From Ramazzottius varieornatus (taxonomy: Eukaryota; Animalia; Tardigrada): 64,000 bases of DNA. The stretch is taken from assembly GCA_001949185.1 (NCBI GenBank), contig BDGG01000003.1, positions 5,143,092-5,207,091 of the forward strand, in the 5' to 3' direction. Shown here piece by piece: positions 38,219-50,438 of this stretch. How positions within the stretch are numbered: the first letter of the stretch is position 1; the number at the start of each line of letters is the position of its first letter. The notes under the pieces were generated by a model, which saw only the letters and a program-made list of their open reading frames with translations, was not told the DNA's origin and made no database searches. The position numbers and the translations under genes were made by a program.

Positions 38219-38727
38219 TCCCATAGGCATATTTTTGTCGTAAAAATTTGCGTAATAGAAAAGTATTCGAACTTTGGACCTGACGTCACGACTCGAGTCG
38301 TCGACTCCAGTCGGTACAAACAACTCGACCCGGTGCCTGCATGAAACGCGCCTGACAAGTTTTAATTCGAGAGCAGCAGGGAGCAAGTCCGGCAAGAAAG
38401 ACCGATACTCTGCAATTAGCTAAGAGCATTCGAGGACTTTTTGCCATACTCGGTCGACAAGTACTCAAAGCTGAAGGGTTTTTCGTCGACAATATACGGT
38501 AAAAAGTGCTCAGATGCTCTTAGCTAATTGTCTGGTGTCAGTCTATCTGCGCCCGACTCCCTCCCTGGTGTTTTTGAATTAGAACTTCTTTGGCGCGTTA
38601 TATGCAGGTACCGGGTCAAGCCGTTTGTACCACCCGGCGCCGACGACTCGAGTCGTGACGGCAGGTCCAAAGTTCGAATACATTTTTTCATTAGGCAACC
38701 TTTTGCCGTACAAACTCGCCTATGGGA
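38219..38727. mobile_element. Foldback/MITE with ~190-bp diverged inverted arms
   Basis: tcccataggc...gtattcgaactttggacctg.cgtcacgactcgagtcgtcg is mirrored by cgacgactcgagtcgtgacggcaggtccaaagttcgaatac...gcctatggga. Confidence 0.8.
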
Positions 38728-41040
38728 ATGGTAACACAAAACTTAATTTGTTTCCTTTCCAGTCCGATCCCATATTGATTTCTACCCTTATTGTTGCGCT
38801 GTAAATCCCAAATTGCCTTCAATGAACCGATTTGATGACGTCAGAGTTCCTATATTGATTTCCAAAGTATTCCCAGCTTCACCAGATCCCCCATTAACAC
38901 CCTGTTAGTCCCATGCCTAATTGACCACGCCCTTTTGACTACGTCACGAATTCCACACTGGAACCCTTTTGAGAGCCGCAGCCTAATCCCCTCATTAATA
39001 ACAACGGTGGACCCAGTATACGGTGCTGCCACCTGTTGTACATGAGGTCATGCATCCCACATTGAATAACATGGTATGGTCTGACTACAGTGTCCCACAT
39101 TGAGCCCACAGTCGTAAGCCATTTTAATCTTTCGCTTGTTGCGCGCAACAAGAACGTCGATCGACGTCCGCTGAAGCGCGGACAGCGATCGACGTTTCTG
39201 ATGCGCGCAACAAGCGAACTCTTTACGACTACAGACTCGTATACCAGCAGCAAGCTGGCAAGATTCTCCCACTCGTTTGAACCGTCCGACGAGACTTATC
39301 ATTCTTCATTTCCAGTTTTTCTCGAGAAAGAGATCAAGATGGCGTCTTGCGAGCTTGACAAGACCCTGTATCTGAATGCAATTAATGGATACATGACTGA
39401 GCTGATGCCACGAGAAACAATAAACCAGTACAAGCTGATCAACACTACAAAAGAACGCATCATACTGATCCAGTACCTGACACAATACGCCGGATCATCC
39501 ATTCTGTAATCTAGCGATGCTGAATCGGACATTGGTGAACAAGGGAAAGGAGGTTCACTCAAGCGGAAACGGAAGTCAAAGTTCGTGGCCAAGGCTGGTG
39601 ACAAGGGACAGATGACGAGGGTCGACAAAATCTCGAAGCTAAACGCCGACGGTCGCTTCGTCAAACTCCCGAAGACCGGCAGACGAATTCTGTCCTTCGA
39701 TGACTGTAGCGACGATGATAATAAAGCAGAGTTCCTGTAAAGAGCCGGCAGCTTTGGTCGACTGTTTTCTCAAGCATTTCAATTACTTTTGGCGCTCTTT
39801 GTGAGCCATTTGAACCTTTAGTGTCTTAGCATTCTTGATTTGTCTTAAATTATTTTGAAGTATCCAGCTTCTCTAGTTGGTTCAACTTACGTTGTAGTCG
39901 GTTGTTGTCGGTCGTTTTCATATAGGTTATTCTTGAGCGAGATTCTCAGGTGTACTTCTGGTGAATTCCACCCTTGTCGCGATTTTTCTAACGGTTGCCG
40001 AAAATCTGTTAGTATCTGTTATTCTGTTATTATTATCTGTTATTCATCTGTTATTATTAAATTTATCTTCTGTTTTTGTTGAATCTGTTACTGTTGCAGG
40101 CTTGTGGTCTGTTTGATTGGTCCTCGGTTTTGATAGTGCGCCGTCATGTTGCGGCGGTTCATAACAATAGGCAGACAATAGCACGTAAGCAACAGAAACA
40201 GTGAGGTCAAGCCAACGGTACCAGTGCACTTATACCCTGAATTCTAAACGGGGTGAATCATATGGACCAGAGCCGTTCCACCTCTGGAACTGAAAGGCCT
40301 TTATCCAGGAAATCAGTAATCCATCGTTATGGATATGAAGTGAGCAATATGCGCTTAAGAAACAGGTTCGAAAGTGATTGGGGTATGGAACAAAAGCTCT
40401 ACCAGATAGGTTATCGCGTTAGCCATCGGTACCTTACTCGAAAGTTCTTTGATGTTTTCCTATCGGCGGACCGCCGTAGACTGCATTGCGGCACCAATAT
40501 GGGATTGTCCCATATCAAACCACCTCATCCAAGCGCAGCAATCCCCCTTTAGTTTTCAGCACGTATCCAAAAGTGGATCGATGTGGGATCATCTGGTCCC
40601 ATATTGTTTCCTGGCTGAATTACACCCTGGAAGCGGCCAACGTCGGTAATGTGGGGTTGCGGTGGAAACCAAAGGGGACATTTTTCCGTGGGTCGGAGCT
40701 ACCGATGTTTGACGAATACGCAAAGCCAAAAACTAATTTAATAACTGGAGCCCTGGTGCAAAAAATCACGTGCGGGCGGGCGTGCGTCTGTGTTGACCCA
40801 TGAGAAAAAAGACTCAAGGAAAATTCGGCACATGTCAGTTCTTCGACAGAAGTCTGATTGGAGACTGCCTGTCCAAATATCAATAACTAACAACGACTGT
40901 GCGGGCAAAGTATTTCGTCTTTGAGAAGGGTCATCAAATCTCGTATTGTAGCAAAACAGATACTGTAAGCCATCGTGCCACTTGGAGTTTGCCAGTCGTA
41001 AGATAATCATTTCGCAATTGCTGCGTAGAACTCGCGGCGT

Positions 41041-44000
41041 TCAGAAATTTAGAATCCTTACGACGGTTCGCATTCGCAGTGAATCTTCGCTTATCAACCA
41101 CCACAGGAGCTTATCCGACTGCTCTCTGTAAAACAAACCGCCATGAACAATGCCAATGCCGATTCCGAACACAGAGGTACAAGAAGCAGCTTTACCTTTT
41201 GAAACGCAGGAAAAAAACAATCCCAAGGGAAAATATTGGTACCAGGGACGTAACACACGCCGCAGCCGTCCCGATAAAATGTGCGCTGCCTGTAATGGGT
41301 CAAAATTAGATAGCCGCTATGACTTCCGCAGTTGACATGCCCTGCCACTTAGATCACTGAAGTGCGTGTATGATAGTCTATGCTTCACGTATTGCCCCGT
41401 AGTGTCCACGAATCCGTCGGTGGTAACCGTGGTGTGCTATCACTTTTACAAAGATGAATAAAAAATGTACCACCGTATCTGAAGCCCTGTACTGTGGCCA
41501 TCCAGCTACAGAGCGTACGTTACCAGATGTTCACTTACTGGCCCAGCATGCAGGATCTTGTCCGTCATAGCCGCAGACTGGACGATTCGGTACCGGCCAA
41601 AGATCACCAGGCCATTCTACAGACTTGACTTCACGCATTTGAAAGGGTTCGGGTTGAATTTTTTGAAGCAACTGTCGCACACAAAACATCAGTATTACTT
41701 CTGGCGTTTCTCAAAGATCAAGTACTAATTCACACGTACCAAAAGTTGACCACTTTTTCCGAACTGCTGTAGAAGGTAATCCAAGCAACTCACGGCTCCC
41801 AACTGATTGAACTTGAAGTTCCCCGTGCGCAACCGAAAGGTCCGATTGTAGAACTTCCGAGCTACGGCGGCGCCATCTGACAGCAGATCCTGCTGATTAG
41901 AATGCAGGATTTCTGTGGTCACCTAAAAGCGGGTATAGTTGTTTGATCATAAGACCCGAGAAGCACACGTGCATTCGGAGCTTGGACACCACACAGGAAG
42001 AGAGCGGTTTTTCAATGCCGTTAGGTGGTGAAAACATCATGAAACCTACTTGCGCCGTCATCATCAGCATGGCATATGCAGCCGCCAGATGAAAATTCTG
42101 CAACAATGTAGAAATGAATTACGTGCTCCGAAGTGGCAGGTCTATCGGGTACCTCAATTCACGAAGTCAATATTGCAGTTTACTGTATCTACCAACAGGG
42201 GAGTTACGCCAGTTCTGACGTTCTTTTTCGCTAGCGTCCTTTTTCACAAACCAAAGCGACAAAAAGATGGAGAAAGTTTTCTCTTGCGACTGAGACACAC
42301 TGCACCTGAGAAAAGAATTCCTGGACGCCACGATAACATTCGGGAGCACGGGAACCGATTCCGAACTATTGCCGCGCAGATTCGTCTCAATGACGTAATC
42401 AGAACTTTCTGACGTGAATGCTTTTGGAAAAAAAACGATTGGAACTGGGTGATTCGCTTTTTTGGGACCTGGAACGGGTTTAACAACATCAGATTGTTGG
42501 TTTTAATGAGACACACTCGATGACCAACGCGCACCCACACGAACGTTGACCAGTGCTCATCGTTTCTGCTAACCACTTACCCCTGTAGAATGCGCAGTTT
42601 CACCTTAACAAGGGTCCGCGCGAGTTATTTTTGAGGATAAATTTGGCAAGCCATACGGGTTGACTACTCCGTTTCTTGGTATTTGACTGCGGCAAGCGTT
42701 CCAAGCAGAAAAACGTACAATAATTAGCCCGGTCCAAAGCTAACCGATAACAACCATCCACCATTTACAAAAAATACGAGGTACAGGACATAATTCGGGT
42801 ATAGCGATTTTCGCACCACAATTCGGCAATGTTCAAGCTTTATTATCGACGCTTGATTGATTTCCCATCGTACACTTGTTGATACAACTTTAGGCTCTTT
42901 TACATTGGGCAGACCCGTCTCTCCCTCACGACAGATTCTTCTGACCTACAACATTCTATCGTTCGCAAACCTATTTGAACCTTGAGGAGAGAGACTGATC
43001 TACTTCGGGAAACAATGAGCACGTGATTACATGCATCAGGAGCTCAGAAATAATATGCCCGAATTATGATGCGAAAATCGCTATGTTCGAATTATGTTCT
43101 CTACCTCGTACATAACTTGATCACCATCCATCCGATCGCACTTAGAAGGAGAAGCAGCGCCGATGACTGATGCACAAGTCTGCGTCAGCCGTTTCTAACC
43201 AACCCAACGTACCCCAGATGAAAAAGTCGATTTTTCCTAAACAGTTTTGACCCTGAAATCCCTGAACAATCTTGACCATTGACCAATCACCCAGTCCGAA
43301 ATGACTTTCTTCACCTAAGTTTGGCTTTCAATTGACAATGAGATGATCGGCTTATCGACGCGTTGGTTGGGCAGGACAGGAGACCGTTTGCATTCGTGCA
43401 GCATAAGCACTTATAGTCAGCACTCAGAGCCATCGACGTCGAAGCCGATCAGCTGTTCGCTCCGTAGTCAATCACAATTTCAATCAGATAGGGCATTACG
43501 TCATGGAAACAGACAGATACGCCGATGTAAGGCAACAGTTTCCCCGATCCCCAGTGGTGCCGTGGCGTCCAGCCAATACTTCCGTAGGTGTGCAGTTTGT
43601 CTCAGTCGGTAGAGAAAACTCTTCTAGTATAATTCTCTTGTGATTATCTATTCCGCAAGGACAAAGGATATTATCGTTACCTCCACGTCTCTCGAGTAAG
43701 ACGTGTTGAATATCGATAATGACACATTGCGCCACCCTTCGCGAAGATAGTAACTGTCGGTACCGAAAGCAGGAAGTTGATCGCTTCTATCGGCCTCGAG
43801 CAGCAGAAGCGTAGAATAAGCCTGTTTCGCCATCTGTAAATTTGGACAAAGAAGCGTTACTTCCGTCATTCGTGAAATTATACTGCACGGTCAGTGTTGT
43901 ATCAGGTCCTATTTTGGGATTCCCATTCCAGTTCCTCGGTCGTAGGAGTTTCAGTTCCTATTCCAATTTCAGGTTCTTTATTCCAGTTCTTTTAATTTCA

Positions 44001-47000
44001 GTTCCAGTTCCTCAAAAAAACATTTCAGTTCCTATTCCAGTTCCGAAACTAGAATAGGAACTGATATTTATTAAAGAACTGACATTATAGCGTTCTGTTT
44101 CAGGAACTGATACAACACTGGGCACAGTCTTATTTTGAAATGACGGGCTGGACTATTAGGCATGGAAGACATGTCGAACCCACCGCATCTTGGTGATCTC
44201 CGTTTTCCCAGCTGTAGTTACCGAAAATCGGGTGACGATATATGACGGCCAGCACATGTACCTGGGCGAAAACTGGTGTTGGTTGAGGACTGGGTGCAAA
44301 AACCGCAGATAAAGCGTGCAGTGCAAGACAGAATTAACCTTCAAAGATGGGTGTTGACTGGCACCACTTGGCAGCAGCCTAGAAATTTTTGAATTTCACC
44401 AAACACGGTTTTGGTGGGTCCACCGTGTGTAACCAGCCCCACCCGTTTTCAAAGGTGATGTCTTCGTGCGCTGTATCTTTGTGAGATCACGAAATGACCA
44501 GTAATCTAATCGTTACTTCCGTCGGACTGGAAACATTCGTTACGCATTGTGCTGTACGACGACCCGCAGCATATACCGCAAACTTACGTGGTGTCCTTGT
44601 GTCATATTTATGCTGTGTGCCGCAAGCTATAGTAAATTTGCAGGGAAAATATAGGCAGATCAGAAATGCGGCGAAGAAGAGGCAAAAGGGCTTTACCATC
44701 AGTTTGCGAATGGTTCCTCCAAAAACGTAGTAAATAACCACTGAAAAATCGTAAAGCATTTCCGTAAGTGGCCAGTGTAATGGGAAACTTCGTATCCAAA
44801 TCAGCACGGACGAACCGGGAGCCAGCACGGGACCCACGGTTATCAACAATCAGTCATTAAGCAACGTCCAATATTGTTTCTGACTGCGATATTTTACGTT
44901 GATTGTTGATAACCCTGGATGCAGGTCCTTGCTGGTTCCCGGTATATCCATGCTGATTTGTCCACATCTTGCGGATTTTGCATGCTTTCCACGCAAACAA
45001 TAGCATTATGGACGTCAACAAAATTTGACTAACCTCTGGTTAATCTGTTGAGTTCCACCATTACGGCAGTAAAGTTGGTGTCCGACGCAAATCCGTCGAC
45101 TTTCACGAGGGGCATGTTGAACCCACTGAGTGCGGCGCTCAGCCCTTTATGCACTTCGAGACACCATCCCAGCGTATTGGGACGTTTCGCTTCGCAGACA
45201 ACCGCAACCGTAGTCCAGTTAAAATGGCCGAGTAACCCGGTAAGAACCTTTACGGCTTCAACAACTCCGTTATTGCCCACGCCAGTTTCCAGTCGGGTTG
45301 GCCACTTGACTTTGTCCTCAAGATCGGGGACCGGTGTCACACTACACTCAGAAAAGAAATCCAGTTTTACTCTGCTAGTTTGTTAGTACACTACAACGAT
45401 TGCCAATATGTAGGATAACGATCCAATATGTCCGGATACGAGTGAGAAAGTGCGGGGCCGTGCGGCGGAATATGGGCGGCCATCTTTGCCGAAAGTCACA
45501 GTTAAGCGTACAGTCATCGCTACAGTTTGACCAAAAATATCTCACCCATATCTCAGAATACGCGGTTAGAACCACAGCTAGTGCTTTGTAGAAATATACT
45601 AGAACGATGTGAACGATCCGGAAAACACTTGGAGAGACCCGCCGAAACCCAAGAAGAAAAGTACGACACGAGTACCGAAGGAAGTCTGTTTCGTACAGCA
45701 ATGCTTCATGAACTTGAAAAACGTCATCATACGCGCGAAAAATTCCTTAGGGGGTTGGTAGGGAAAACTTTTCGGACCGGGGTTCAACCGTAGGCGTATG
45801 ATCGCGTGCTTCGCGAAGTTTATGAAGCAGACGACCTCGATAAGCAGATGACTTTGTGTACAGGTATGGCGCTGAGCGTCGCAAAAGCGTCGGCAAACTT
45901 CATCGCTCAATGGCCTTAATTAACACGGGCTGTAAAAAACCCTCCGTTCTTCCTTTCGGAGCCCGTTGTAGGGAGAGCGGATGGCCGCAAGCGAAGCGCA
46001 AACGAAAAAACGTTGCGGGCGGTTCGCGTTCGGGTGAACGGGTCGCTTTGCTTTGCGGCAAAGCATTGTGAATTTTCGAAAAATCAGTTTTTGGAGCCAG
46101 AAGTCTGGAAGTGATTTGCGGCTCTTTCTCAGCGTCTTTTCTCCACTCACTTTTATTAAGTAGCTTTGTTTTGTCATCTGTGGCTTTTGGATAGCCTATG
46201 GCACCCTATTGTGGATGTCCGATTCCTTTCTGTTCGCATACTTGACCAGACAACAAGGAAGGCAAGTTCGGCACCGAAGCAGAATCCATCTCTTTAGTGT
46301 CCACTGCGCCAGTCTTGTTTATACCTTCGTCTACCAAGAACACGAAGTTTGGCCTTAAGCATCGCATCGCCCAGAAACGCGAAGAGGTCAAACTTTGTAA
46401 CGATTTTAGTTTTGTGGGGGTAATGGCCGGGCCACGGTTATCATCAAACAATCTCCAGACTCAGACACATGCATCTGTCGTACATTTTGCAGACCACCAT
46501 TGAATTTCCGCAGTTTTCAACTAAAAGCAGTTTTCAAGTGAAAACAGTAATACCGAATCAAAGGGGATTTTGAATTAACGAATTAAACCGGGGTGCCTAC
46601 AGCTTAGTGGGGCGTGATGATGGTGCTTATAGCACCACCCTTCTCGTGATAGAGATGGAATCCCCGATAAGCTGCTGAACAGCCTATTGCTGAGTTGATT
46701 GTCAATCAACTCAGCAATGGGCTGTTCAGCAGCTGGTCAGTGATTCCATCTCCATCAGAGAACCCTTCTTCGACGTGAAGTCTGAGAGGACATCAATGGG
46801 CAGGGAATGGTCAGTCTGCCGTACTTCGCAATGGCTCAACGTCTGAAAAAACTGTTCGCCCTTTTGGAAAGACACTCTGGAAATTAATGACTGAAACATC
46901 CCGCCCAGGGGTGGGATGCCGGAACGGCTACCCTCGCGTTTTCATGCTACATGACGTCATTATGACGTCAAAACATTTTTAGTTGAAAATTCGACCCCTT

Positions 47001-48926
47001 CGGACTTTCCCGACGTACCCAACTGACCAATGGTCAAACGGTTAAATAGATACCAGAATCTGATTTCTTGATGTCTATGATACGAGATCGCATTAGCAGT
47101 TGAAGATTGCCCCTGGGGTGTCAAAACTTCAAAACCGTTTCCTGAACAATCGTGTTATCAGTCAATTTTTCGGAAATTGGGTCGCTGAAACCCATACACT
47201 TTGATATTTTTTCTCGAACCTCAGCTCGCCGAACTCCGTCCAAGGCCCTAACAAGAACTCTCGATCCAAATTTGATTAGAATGTCGTGTCTGGGCACTGC
47301 TGACACATTTCAAATTCCCGATCGAACATAGTAAAGCATGGTCCACACTCCGCTATGTCATTCGAAACTTGCCGGATAATCTTAAATCAAGAGTACGGTG
47401 CGATCAAAGAAAAGCGCCATTGTCCTATTTTTTAGTACAATGGTGACGAGGATCAGTCCGCTGGTCTGTTCTTGGCTTCATTACTTCCATTTCGAGAACT
47501 TTGAGTGATGTTCGTGGTTTGAATTCGAAAAGTTCTGTACACATTTCCACTGTATGAAAGCGTTCGCTGAGACCCTTGAGGGGTTGAAAAACTCGTGGCA
47601 CTTTGAGGTAAACGATGAAACAACGACTGGTTCTGGCCGTGGTACGCACTTCAAAGTACGATCCAGTGGGACAGGATTGGGTCCGGGCCAGCGTAAAAAG
47701 ACTGGCCGGAACTAGCAGAATCTGCCGTCATGTGTAATATCATACCGATCAGCTGATCGGTACACAAAGTCACCAGATAATTCACCCACGATCCGAGGAG
47801 ACTTTTTCCGCGGACCCGGACCCAGTCCTGTCCTACTGGATCGGTACTCTAAAGTAGTCTGCTTTGCAGTAATTAGTCTACGGAGTTGGAAAAGAGCTGG
47901 CCAAACTGCAATTTAATGGTCTGATTTTCCGGACTGAGAGTCCTGTATTGCCCGGGCAATGATTACGCTCCCCAATGGTTACTGCCAGCCAGCGTACTAC
48001 TGAAGTTAATTCGGGAAAGTTTCGAGTCGGTGGAGAGTTTCTGTCGTGATCCACGAACAACCCCCCCCCCCCCTCGTCTCGTGAATCGCGAAGCGGATTA
48101 TTAATCTTGGATTTTAAACATTTTTAAATGCAGTCGTTAGGGCCAAACTACCGTTTATTCAAACCATGAGTGCAAGTTCCAAGGTCTCTATTTGCTGATT
48201 TGAGCATTCGGTTCCACAAGCACTGTATTTACTATTTGATACAATACAGGCAATGCCATCATCCGGGTCCGGGTCCACACTATGAGTGTAGGTTGCGTTC
48301 ACTGCAGTGCACCTGCCATGAGGTGCAGTAAGATTTATTGTGCTCCAACTTGCGTGACAATTTAGCGCTCAACAAACCGAGCAGCGCCTTAAACTGAATC
48401 ACTGGCATGCCAGCGCTGTGAAGCTGCGGGTTGAAGGAAGAACGTTAACACCTCTGGACTATTTGCACCTGGTTCATGCGCAAACATACCTTAGAACAAG
48501 CTTCCGAAGGCCGGTGGCCAGAAATGCACTTGCATGTCCGTCACAGTCTGTGGGCAAGACGCAGCGTGAAAAGCGTCAATTGATAACAGACAGATAACTC
48601 TAAGGTCTCAAACCTGCTGCATTGCTGATGAATACAGTAAAATTAGCTGTTCGCCGTCGGGATCGAGTCGTGTAGTAGAACTTGGCCAACATGTCGTCAC
48701 CGACAGGCATCAGATCCGCGCACCGCGTGTACACCGGGTCCGTCACGATGTGATGTGATACACTCAACTGCGGATACAGCTTTTCAATGTCCTCCAAAGC
48801 AGACTGGTAAGGCGGTTGCACCAAGAAGTAGCTGCCCATTTCCGAAGCTCCATACGTGATCAAGTTAATAAATTCCACGTGGACAAGGGCCGTCAGCACA
48901 TTGGCAGTCGAGAACAAAATGTGCAT
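41041..48926 (-). CDS. NPR/receptor guanylyl cyclase-like ectodomain + TM + short tail (gene B, tandem paralog of gene A)
   Basis: Start MHILFSTANVLTALVHVEFINLITYG (48926). Approximate exons: 45342-45033 (LLGHFNWTTVAVVC), 44738-44697, 44626-44588 (LAAHSINMTQGHH), 43833-43680, 42105-42050, 41922-41738, 41695-41540. TM exon ~41289-41195 (AAACVTSLVPIFSLGIVFFL). Last exon EQSDKLLWWLISEDSLRMRTVVRILNF*. Confidence 0.78.
42777..43108. mobile_element. Tc1/mariner-type MITE, TA TSD
   Basis: TA|cgaggtacaggacataattcgggtatagcgattttcgca ... tgcgaaaatcgctatgttcgaattatgttctctacctcg|TA. Confidence 0.85.
43892..44120. mobile_element. hAT-type MITE with internal cagttcc repeats
   Basis: TIRs cagtgttgtatcag / ctgatacaacactg; imperfect 8-bp TSD tgcacggt / ggcacagt. 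Confidence 0.82.
44797..44960. mobile_element. Palindromic MITE
   Basis: caaatcagcacggacgaaccgggagccagca...ggttatcaacaatca is mirrored by tgattgttgataacc...tgctggttcccggtatatccatgctgatttg. Confidence 0.75.
45490..45829 (+). repeat. ~340-bp repeat with a near-identical inverted copy at 51591-51930
   Basis: Identical ORF translations on opposite strands (45527-45793 + and 51627-51893 -). Confidence 0.92.
46420..46755 (+). repeat. Repeat with an inverted copy at ~54820-55065; ends in a long hairpin
   Basis: tgtgggggtaatggccgggccacggttatcatcaaacaatctccagactcagacacatgc matches the reverse complement at 55000-55062. Confidence 0.88.
47649..47855. mobile_element. MITE with ~40-bp TIRs
   Basis: cttcaaagtacgatccagtgggacaggattgggtccggg ... 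cccggacccagtcctgtcctactggatcggtactctaaag. Confidence 0.78.
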
Positions 48927-50240
48927 TTTTATTAGGCAGAAGTGTAAGCTAACTGGTGGCAGTAGAACACGATAACTCCCACTACCATCCACAACGAATG
49001 CAATGTTTAACACCTCGTTAGTGGGAGAAGATCTCATAACGTAAAGCTCGAATACGGTTCACTGAGTAATTTTGCCTTAAGCATATGACCTGACGTGTCG
49101 TAGCTTCCGAGATTGACTATTGCATAAGTCTTATGATACCGTCACATGAAGTCCAGAGTTGTCGCGAACGTAATCATCCATCGACCAAAAAAATTTTAAC
49201 ACTGCTGGGTTTCAATTATGATATTAACCCCGCAAATGAAACAGAAACAGATACTGGTCAGACAGAATGCGCCCCTTAATGTGACTGCTCGCCTCGAGGT
49301 CTAGATAATAGAGATCTTTTTTCGATAAATTTCAGATAGATTATCATAGATAAGATCACGAACCAGTCTCAATACACACTTGAAACCAGACAAAAGCAGA
49401 GAGACGTGTACATCGAGCGACAGCTGTGGCCCAGACAGAGGCAATTCTCTTTAGCGGGCGAATATTCAAAGTATTATTATGACCTCGGTTTGGGGAGCCG
49501 AGCCTAGCCGAGCCGAACTGTGACGGTATCTCAATGCGGTACTTAGCCCGACCTGACCACCGAGAACCGTCAAACATTGGAATGTGTGAGTGCAAAAAAG
49601 AACAAAAGTTATTTGGGCAACCCTGACATGCGACAAACCGACCCCTGACACCAGGCTCCCGCCCATAAAAGAATTTTACGTTACGCTCGGCGATTGATGA
49701 GCGATCACAGTGAACGATAATTTATGACCCAAGCGATCAAGAAAAAAGGCTGCTGCAAGAGAGAGTCAACCTTTACTCTAAAGGGTATTCAAGCGTGTCC
49801 ATGTAGGTGATAATACCAAGCTGTTTCTGGCTCGGTGCTCGAGGAGACGGGTGTTAGCACCGCAGGCTGGGGAAACTTCGGGAAATCAAGAGCCTAGCTC
49901 GAGACAATGGGACTATCTAAGTTTTTCTAATGAGGCCTTTGTTCATGAGTCTGCGTTTCCGGTGACGTGATCGCTGGATCTCGTTTCCTATGGGGAATTT
50001 GGAGGTGACGCTAGCAAGACCATTGTTCGGGAGATGTTTTTGGGTAGGACTGATCGATTTTTTTCCGTAGAAGAAGGAAACGTTTCAAATTTTTCTTCCT
50101 CGTGTATTCCTAAGCATAGCGACTGGTTTGTAACCAGTGGTAGCTACCAGCTGGCTATCTAACTAGACACGCAAACGTGACAAGAATAACTCGGCGTGCA
50201 ATACTCGATTTTTCAAAACGGAGAAAAACCTTCATCGGTC

Positions 50241-50438
50241 CAGTGTTGATTTCAGTCTGAGCATAATTTACGTACTTAACGATCAATCAAGCGACACAAG
50301 TCAACTAAAGACTGATATAGAAAACTGGTATAAAAACTGAGTTACAAAAGCTATGTTTTACTATTCAGTCTCAGTGGAACAGTTGAACTTGATTGATCGA
50401 ACGGCCGGAGTTTATGCCCGAGACTGATATCAACACTG
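50241..50438. mobile_element. hAT-type MITE, 8-bp TSD
   Basis: TIRs cagtgttgatttcagtct / agactgatatcaacactg; TSD catcggtc / caccggtc (7/8). Confidence 0.85.

Noticed and set aside
45527-45793. 88-aa ORF present twice as a gene
   Set aside because: It lies wholly within a duplicated repeat, has a non-ATG start and shows no recognizable domain.
49300-49360. GATA-rich cluster upstream of receptor gene B as an enhancer
   Set aside because: It is low-complexity AT-rich sequence and cannot be supported from sequence alone.
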